This document shows positions 57,429 to 64,000 of a stretch of DNA of 64,000 nucleotides, in pieces (the first letter of the stretch is position 1; every line of letters starts with the position of its first letter). A model generated the notes under the pieces. That model saw only the letters and a list, made by a program, of their open reading frames with translations. It searched no databases and was not told the origin of the DNA. A program made the translations under genes and the position numbers. The stretch is from Ruminococcaceae bacterium UBA7127 (GTDB lineage: Bacteria; Bacillota; Clostridia; Oscillospirales; Acutalibacteraceae): positions 30,789 to 94,788 of the forward strand of contig DKXL01000029.1 in NCBI GenBank assembly GCA_002493005.1. Reading direction: 5' to 3'.

Positions 57429-58763
57429 ATGGCTAATTCACGCAACACAGCACTTGAAGTGCTGCTGAAAATTGAAAACGAAGACGCATATTCAAATATT
57501 GCTTTGAATAATGCCATAAAAGAAAATAAACTGAATGGTATAGACAGCGCTTTTGTATCTGCGCTTGTTTACGGTGTGCTCGAGCGAAAAATAACACTTG
57601 ATTACATCATCAAAACCTACTCCAAAATTCCATTAAGGAAAATAGAATCAAAAACAAAAAATATACTCAGGCTTGGTATTTTACAGCTTTTGTTTATGGA
57701 TAAAGTTCCCGACAGTGCCGCTGTCAACGAAAGCGTGAACCTCGCCAAGAAGCATAAACTCCAAAAATCCTCAGGTTTTATTAACGGTATCCTGCGCTCA
57801 ATTACAAGAGCCGAGATAAAATATACCTTGCCCGACAAGAGCAATTTGTTAAGATATTTGTCAGTCAAATATTCAGTTCCCGAGGATATAATCAGACTTT
57901 GGATTAATTCTTACGGAGAATTAAATGCAGAGGAGCTTTTAAAATCGCTTGGCGGCAGACCACAGATTTGCTGTCGTGTAAATACACTCAAAACCGATAA
58001 AGCAAGGCTTACGGCGGAGCTTGAAAAGCAAGGGGTTAAAACAGAAGAAGTAAAGTTTCTTCCCGATGCTCTTTATCTTGAAAATACAGGCTCTGTAGAA
58101 AGGCTCAACGCTTACAAAAACGGATTATTTCACATTCAGGACGCTTCATCACAGCTTTGTGTAAGCTGTCTTTCGCCAAAGCCTCGCCAAATTATGCTTG
58201 ACATATGCGCCGCCCCCGGCGGCAAGTCGTTTACTGCCGCTCAGCTTATGAACGACAGGGGCAAAATTTTTTCCTGCGATATGTTTGAACATAAGCTAAA
58301 GCTTATAAACAGCGGCGCAAGGCGGCTGGGCATAAACTCAGTTGTCACTCTTTTGCGTGACGGTGAAAAAGATGAGGTGACTTTGCCGCTTGCCGACCGA
58401 ATACTTTGCGATGTTCCTTGCAGCGGACTGGGGATAATGGCACGTAAGCCAGAAATCAGATACAAAAAAGATGTTATTACTGCGCAGCTTCCTGAGCTTC
58501 AATATAAAATTCTCAGCAACAGCGCAAAATACCTTGCAAACGGAGGGGTGCTTGTCTACTCAACCTGCACGCTTAATCCTGCTGAAAATAACGAAAACGC
58601 AAACCGTTTTCTGTCTGAGCATCCTGACTTTTACGGAGTAAAAATCAAACTGCCAAACGGTATTGAACGCGCATTTGATGAAGAACCCTACGAGATTACT
58701 CTGATGCCGCACAAGGCAAAAACAGACGGCTTTTACTTTGCAGTATTTGGAAAGAAGGTTTGA
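57429..58763 (+). CDS. rsmB: 16S rRNA m5C967 methyltransferase
   Basis: NusB-like N-terminus, QDASS, CAAPGGKS, DVPCSG, YSTCT. Confidence 0.95.
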   Translation: MANSRNTALEVLLKIENEDAYSNIALNNAIKENKLNGIDSAFVSALVYGVLERKITLDYIIKTYSKIPLRKIESKTKNILRLGILQLLFMDKVPDSAAVNESVNLAKKHKLQKSSGFINGILRSITRAEIKYTLPDKSNLLRYLSVKYSVPEDIIRLWINSYGELNAEELLKSLGGRPQICCRVNTLKTDKARLTAELEKQGVKTEEVKFLPDALYLENTGSVERLNAYKNGLFHIQDASSQLCVSCLSPKPRQIMLDICAAPGGKSFTAAQLMNDRGKIFSCDMFEHKLKLINSGARRLGINSVVTLLRDGEKDEVTLPLADRILCDVPCSGLGIMARKPEIRYKKDVITAQLPELQYKILSNSAKYLANGGVLVYSTCTLNPAENNENANRFLSEHPDFYGVKIKLPNGIERAFDEEPYEITLMPHKAKTDGFYFAVFGKKV

Positions 58764-59809
58764 TTTTGAATACGCTTGTTGACCTAAAATCAATGACTAC
58801 TGCCGAAATCTGCGAGTTTGCCGTTGCAAATAATTACCCAAAATTCAGGGGGAAGCAAATCAGCGAGTGGCTGTCAAAGGGCGTTGAATCCTTTGATGAA
58901 ATGAAAAACCTGCCGTCAGACTTACGGCAGTTTCTTCAAACAAGTTGTTACATTTCTGTTGCAAATATTGCAAAAAAACTTGTTTCAAGGTATGATAAAA
59001 CAGTAAAATATCTTTTTTCGTTTTATGACAGTGAATGTGTTGAATCTGTAATAATGAAATATAAACACGGATATACAATCTGCATTTCAACTCAGGTCGG
59101 ATGTAAGATGGGCTGTACGTTTTGCGCCACAGGCAAAAGCGGATTTTCACGGAGTCTTGCACCGTCCGAGATGTTAGCTCAAATTGAATCGGCACAAAAG
59201 GATTTGAATATAAGAATTTCCAATATTGTTTTAATGGGAATGGGGGAACCTCTCGACAACTTTGACAATGTAGTCAAGTTTTTGAATTTAGTTTCGTCAG
59301 ATGAGGGTCTCAACATAGGAATGAGGCACATTACGCTTTCAACCTGCGGAATAGTACCAAAGATTTATGAACTTGCAAAACTGCATTTGGGAATAACGCT
59401 TTCGGTTTCTCTGCACGCTCCAAATGATGAAATCAGACGGCAGACTATGCCGATTGCACGTAAATATTCTATGGAAGAATTGCTCAAAGCTTGCAGAGAT
59501 TATTTTAATTCGACAGGCAGACGAGTAACATTTGAATATTCAATGATAAGCGGAGTAAATGACAGTGACCACAATGCTCACGAGCTTGCCAATCGTTTGC
59601 AGGGAATGGGCTGTCACGTTAATCTTATTCCCGTCAACTCGGTTGAGGGTACAGAATACATAAAGAGTAATATCAAAAGGCAGCAAGCCTTTATAAATAT
59701 ACTTGCATCAAAAAAAATAGGAGCCACCGTAAGAAGAACGCTTGGCAGTGATATCAACGCTTCTTGCGGTCAGCTCAAAAGAAAGCATATAGAAGAAGGA
59801 GGTAAATAA
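58760..59809 (+). CDS. rlmN: Dual-specificity RNA methyltransferase RlmN
   Basis: CISTQVGCKMGCTFC radical SAM motif, MGMGEP, DINASCGQL. Confidence 0.96.
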   Translation: MILNTLVDLKSMTTAEICEFAVANNYPKFRGKQISEWLSKGVESFDEMKNLPSDLRQFLQTSCYISVANIAKKLVSRYDKTVKYLFSFYDSECVESVIMKYKHGYTICISTQVGCKMGCTFCATGKSGFSRSLAPSEMLAQIESAQKDLNIRISNIVLMGMGEPLDNFDNVVKFLNLVSSDEGLNIGMRHITLSTCGIVPKIYELAKLHLGITLSVSLHAPNDEIRRQTMPIARKYSMEELLKACRDYFNSTGRRVTFEYSMISGVNDSDHNAHELANRLQGMGCHVNLIPVNSVEGTEYIKSNIKRQQAFINILASKKIGATVRRTLGSDINASCGQLKRKHIEEGGK

Positions 59810-59810
59810 C

Positions 59811-60536
59811 TTGGAAGTATTCAGCAAGAGTGATATCGGACTTGTAAGAAAAGAAAATCAGGATGATTGCCGCTTCGGAGTTATATCTCCCAGCTGTGTC
59901 TGGGCGGTTGTGTGTGACGGAATGGGCGGCGCCAACGGAGGCAACATCGCCAGTGCGGCAGCCGTTGAGTATATCAGCACCAAAATTACTGATTTGTACA
60001 AGGATGATATGACCAAAGAGCAAATAGGCGAGCTTATGGCAGAGATTGTTGTCAATGCAAATATGAGGGTGTTTGAGATGTCCACACAAGACCCCGAGCT
60101 TGCAGGAATGGGCACAACCTGTGAATTTGTATTTGTAAAAGACACTACTGTTCATGTTGTGCATGTAGGTGACAGCCGCACATACGCAATCAGAGGCGGC
60201 AAAATCAAACAGCTTACCGAGGATCATTCCGTTGTTCAGGAGATGGTCAGAAGGGGCGAGCTGACATATGAGCAGGCTCAGAATCATCCCAACAAAAACT
60301 TTATCACACGTGCTTTGGGTATCAAGCCCTCTGTTCGTCTTGATTATATTGAAGCCAACTTTATCTATGGTGATGTGCTTTTGATATGTACCGACGGACT
60401 TTCAAACTGTGTGACAACAGGTGATATTGTAAAGATTTGTCATGAAAACCGCGGTGACAGTTTAATTACCAAACTTGTTGACAAGGCTAAAGATGGCGGC
60501 GGAACCGACAACATCACCGTAACTGTAATTTACTAA
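59811..60536 (+). CDS. PP2C Ser/Thr phosphatase (Stp/PrpC)
   Basis: DGMGG, GMGTT, HVGDSR, CTDGL, DNIT. Confidence 0.95.
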   Translation: MEVFSKSDIGLVRKENQDDCRFGVISPSCVWAVVCDGMGGANGGNIASAAAVEYISTKITDLYKDDMTKEQIGELMAEIVVNANMRVFEMSTQDPELAGMGTTCEFVFVKDTTVHVVHVGDSRTYAIRGGKIKQLTEDHSVVQEMVRRGELTYEQAQNHPNKNFITRALGIKPSVRLDYIEANFIYGDVLLICTDGLSNCVTTGDIVKICHENRGDSLITKLVDKAKDGGGTDNITVTVIY

Positions 60537-60554
60537 CGAAGGGAGCCCATCGTT

Positions 60555-62654
60555 TTGGATAAATATATAGGCAAGCGACTTGACGGCAGATATGAAATAC
60601 ATGAGCTTATAGGCGTTGGCGGTATGGCTAACGTTTATCGCTGTACCGATACTATTGACGACCGAGAGGTTGCTATTAAGATATTAAAGGATGAGTACCT
60701 TAATAACGAGGAATTTATACGCAGATTTAAAAACGAGTCCAAAGCCATTGCAATGCTTTCACATCAGAATATTGTTAAGGTGTATGACGTAAGCTTTGGC
60801 GATATGATTCAATATATTGTAATGGAGTATATTGACGGTATTACCCTCAAGGAATATATTGACCAGCAGGGTATTATTGAGTGGAAGGACACAATTCATC
60901 TTACAATTCAGGTTCTTCGTGCACTTCAGCACGCACACGAATGCGGCATAGTACACCGTGACATTAAGCCGCAGAATATTATGCTTTTGCAGGATGGCAC
61001 AATCAAGGTAACAGACTTTGGTATTGCAAGATTTTCCGATAAGTCAACACGTACAATGACAGAGCAGGCGATAGGTTCGGTACATTATATTGCGCCCGAG
61101 CAGGCAAAGGGTGATGCTACCGACGGTAAAACGGACATATATTCTGTCGGTGTTATGTTGTATGAAATGCTTACAGGCAAGCTGCCGTTTGACGGCGACA
61201 GTGCTGTGACAATCGCGCTTATGCAGCTTCAGTCCACACCAAAACGTCCTCGCGAGGTAAACCCCGGTATTCCAATCGGGCTTGAACAGATTACTATGCG
61301 CGCAATGCAAAAACTTCCTGCTGACCGCTACAAGTCAGCGGCTGAAATGCTCAGTGACATTGAGCGCTTTAGACTTAATCCGTCTATTGTGTTTGATTAC
61401 GGCAAGAACGTTGTCGATAATCAGCCGACAAGATTTGTTAATTCTTTAAAAGAAACAAAACCGAGCGAAATTAAAAATTCAGACAGAACACGAGTTGTTG
61501 ATATTCCTAACGCGTCAGATCAGCGCGATGATGATAAGTTTGCTGACGAGGAATATGCAAAGGAGCACAGCTCGGCATACTATGCAATCAAGGGAATTTT
61601 GATTGCGGCGGTAGCGGTATGTGCGGTGTTCTTTGCGCTTGCCTTTTTCAGAGGATGTTCTGTATCTCAGTCAAAGGATGTAGATGTTCCGGATTTTGTC
61701 GGCAAATCCTTTGTTGAGGTAAAAGAAAATAACCCAAATAACTTTGTGTTTGAAGTCAAGAGTGAATTTGATGAAACCAAAGAAATCGGAGCTGTTCTTG
61801 AGCAAGATCCGCCTGCAAATTCAATGAAAGTAAAATCCGGGTCAACAATCACACTTACAGTAAACGGAACAGACACAGAGGTTTCGATTCCTTATGTAAT
61901 AAACAGTGACGAAAAAGCAGCCGTAAAGGCGCTTAAGGATAAAAACCTTATGACTGATGTTGTTTATGTTGAAAATACAAAAACACCAAAGGGCTACACT
62001 ATTGACACATTCCCAAAGGCGGGCGTGAAAACAACAATCGGTTCAACTGTAACCGTATTTATTGCCAACGGTGCAAAGCCGGAGCAGGTAAAGCTTCCGT
62101 CTGTTGAGGGATTGATGCTTGCGGAGGCTCAGCAAATGCTTACAGAGCTTGGACTCACAGTTGAAACTCAGCTCGACGATGAAAGCAAGGAGCCAAAGGA
62201 TACTGTGCTCAGCATGTCGCCTCTACAGTACGGCAAGGTTGACAAAGGCTCTGTTGTTACACTTCTTGTAAGCTCAGGACTTGGGGATAAGAACACAGTA
62301 AATATTGTTGTTGACTTGCCTGATAATTCGCCGGAAACTGTTGAGATGACAGTTATTGTTGACGGAGTTATTGATCAGCAATACAGCAAAACACTTGTCC
62401 CGATGTACAACAAAACCTGTACGCTTGAATTTACAGGCTCGGGTACATCTTCAATCGTGGTACAGCTTGACGGTCAGGTTTATCGTGAGTACTCAATTGA
62501 TTATGCAACTTCAAATGTAAGCACAACGGCTACTCACGAATATGTTGCTCCGACAACTGCGCCGCCTGAAACAGAGCCGTCTACAACGAATGAATACAGT
62601 GAAGGCGACGATCCTGATAATCCTGTTACTCCGACAGGAAATCCGACTCCGTAA
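60555..62654 (+). CDS. pknB: PASTA-domain Ser/Thr kinase (PknB/PrkC)
   Basis: GVGGMA, HRDIKPQN, DFG, APE, TM, PASTA repeats. Confidence 0.95.
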   Translation: MDKYIGKRLDGRYEIHELIGVGGMANVYRCTDTIDDREVAIKILKDEYLNNEEFIRRFKNESKAIAMLSHQNIVKVYDVSFGDMIQYIVMEYIDGITLKEYIDQQGIIEWKDTIHLTIQVLRALQHAHECGIVHRDIKPQNIMLLQDGTIKVTDFGIARFSDKSTRTMTEQAIGSVHYIAPEQAKGDATDGKTDIYSVGVMLYEMLTGKLPFDGDSAVTIALMQLQSTPKRPREVNPGIPIGLEQITMRAMQKLPADRYKSAAEMLSDIERFRLNPSIVFDYGKNVVDNQPTRFVNSLKETKPSEIKNSDRTRVVDIPNASDQRDDDKFADEEYAKEHSSAYYAIKGILIAAVAVCAVFFALAFFRGCSVSQSKDVDVPDFVGKSFVEVKENNPNNFVFEVKSEFDETKEIGAVLEQDPPANSMKVKSGSTITLTVNGTDTEVSIPYVINSDEKAAVKALKDKNLMTDVVYVENTKTPKGYTIDTFPKAGVKTTIGSTVTVFIANGAKPEQVKLPSVEGLMLAEAQQMLTELGLTVETQLDDESKEPKDTVLSMSPLQYGKVDKGSVVTLLVSSGLGDKNTVNIVVDLPDNSPETVEMTVIVDGVIDQQYSKTLVPMYNKTCTLEFTGSGTSSIVVQLDGQVYREYSIDYATSNVSTTATHEYVAPTTAPPETEPSTTNEYSEGDDPDNPVTPTGNPTP

Positions 62655-62672
62655 TGAGTGTGGCTGGTTTTT

Positions 62673-63560
62673 ATGAATAAATTAAACGGTGTTCTTATGA
62701 AATCAATCGGCGGATTCTATTATGTTCGCTGTGACGGCAAAGAGTATGAATGTAAAGCAAGGGGGAGCTTTCGCAAAAGCGGAAACTCCCCGGTTGCAGG
62801 TGATAAGGTTGTTATAAACGTGCCTGAGGACGGCTTTGCTTCAATAGAAGAAATCCTGCCTCGTGCCAATAAACTTAAACGACCTGCGCTTGCCAATATA
62901 GATGCACTTGTAATTGTATGTTCCACTGTAGACCCAATGCCGAATTTTGCTGTAATTGACAAAATGACGGCGGCGGCAGTCAATAATAATATGGAGCCGA
63001 TAGTTGTCATTACAAAAAACGATTTAAAAAACGGCGACAGGCTTGCAAAGATTTATATGAATTCTGACATTAAGGTCTTTCAGTGTTCACCTGAAAATAC
63101 GGACGAGATATCAGCACTCAGAGATTATCTAAAGGGCAAGGTGTCGGCATTTACCGGTAACAGCGGAGTAGGCAAGTCTACGCTTTTAAATCTTCTGTTT
63201 AATAATCTTGAACTTCAAACGGGACAAATCAGCCAAAAGCTCGGCAGAGGACGACATACTACACGTGTTGTTGAGCTGTTTGAACTTGACGGATGTTTTG
63301 TTGCCGACACTCCGGGATTTTCAACAGTTGATCTTCAGCGTTATGAGATGATTGACAAATCTCAGCTTCAATACTGTTTTCCTGAGTTTGAAAAATATCT
63401 CGGTGAGTGCAAATTTACATCGTGCTCCCACACCTGTGAAAAAGGATGCAGGATTTTGCAGGCACTCTCTGACGGAGATATTGAGCAAACCCGACATCAA
63501 AGCTATGTGTTGATGTATAATGAAGTAAAAGATATAAAGTCATGGCAATTTAAGGAGTAA
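62673..63560 (+). CDS. rsgA: Ribosome small subunit-dependent GTPase A
   Basis: TKND, GNSGVGKS, GRHTT, DTPGF, C-terminal CKF..CSH..GC. Confidence 0.95.
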   Translation: MNKLNGVLMKSIGGFYYVRCDGKEYECKARGSFRKSGNSPVAGDKVVINVPEDGFASIEEILPRANKLKRPALANIDALVIVCSTVDPMPNFAVIDKMTAAAVNNNMEPIVVITKNDLKNGDRLAKIYMNSDIKVFQCSPENTDEISALRDYLKGKVSAFTGNSGVGKSTLLNLLFNNLELQTGQISQKLGRGRHTTRVVELFELDGCFVADTPGFSTVDLQRYEMIDKSQLQYCFPEFEKYLGECKFTSCSHTCEKGCRILQALSDGDIEQTRHQSYVLMYNEVKDIKSWQFKE

Positions 63561-63562
63561 AA

Positions 63563-64000
63563 ATGCGTTGTGTAATCATTTCGGGCTCACCCGACACGGA
63601 TGTCAATTTCATAAAAGAACAGGTTTTGCCCGATGATTACATCATATGTGCAGACAAAGGCTGTGAATATGCCTTACTTTCAGGCATTGTTCCAAACCTT
63701 GTTGTGAGCGATTTTGACTCGTGCAGTCAAAAAATTTTCCCAAATTGCGAAACTATAACGCTAAATCCGCATAAAGATGATACAGATACTATGCATGCGA
63801 TTGATATTGCGCTTGAGAAGGGCTACAGAGAAATTGTGTTACTTGGCGCTACGGGCGGCAGACTTGACCACACCATAGCTAATCTGTCCGCTTTGCAGTA
63901 TATTTCTTTGAAGGGCGCAAAAGGATATGTATTGTCAAAAACGGAGCATATCGAGTATCTCCCAAAAGGCTGTTATGAATTTGACGGACTTAACGGTAAA
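63563..64000 (+). CDS. thiN: Thiamine pyrophosphokinase (truncated by window end; absent from ORF track)
   Basis: ATG after AAGGAG: MRCVIISG..ICADKG..SDFDS..KDDTDT..GATGGRLDHT. Confidence 0.9.
   Translation, partial: MRCVIISGSPDTDVNFIKEQVLPDDYIICADKGCEYALLSGIVPNLVVSDFDSCSQKIFPNCETITLNPHKDDTDTMHAIDIALEKGYREIVLLGATGGRLDHTIANLSALQYISLKGAKGYVLSKTEHIEYLPKGCYEFDGLNGK

Overview
Mostly core chromosome of a Firmicutes (Oscillospiraceae/Ruminococcus bromii-like) starch degrader. It carries housekeeping operons (iscSU-rnhA; rnj-gdpP-rplI-dnaB-tilS-hpt-ftsH; uvrA; T-box thrS; rpmE; dnaG-rpoD; yloC-remA-gmk-rpoZ-priA-def-fmt-rsmB-rlmN-stp-pknB-rsgA-thiN), two tandem GH13 type I pullulanases of amylosome type and two more dockerin proteins. 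No CRISPR array, tRNA/rRNA, transposase or integrase was seen. The most unusual part is 15.9-21.6 kb. It holds an orphan phage-like lysis cassette (small membrane protein, r1t-type holin, amidase-SH3) with no prophage around it, a two-gene operon (small helical protein + stand-alone sigma region 4 protein) with a near-perfect LexA box on its -35, and a shortened SpoIID-like protein lacking the catalytic Glu. It also holds two diverged copies of a ~70-nt pseudoknot-forming element, each abutting the Shine-Dalgarno of an unrelated envelope gene. Other candidates are a promoter-to-terminator ~190-nt sRNA/small hydrophobic peptide locus at 40.9-41.1 kb, a catalytically degenerate VanY-like protein, and an enolase with a sporulation-like promoter. 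All calls rest on manual motif recognition; no database searches were run.
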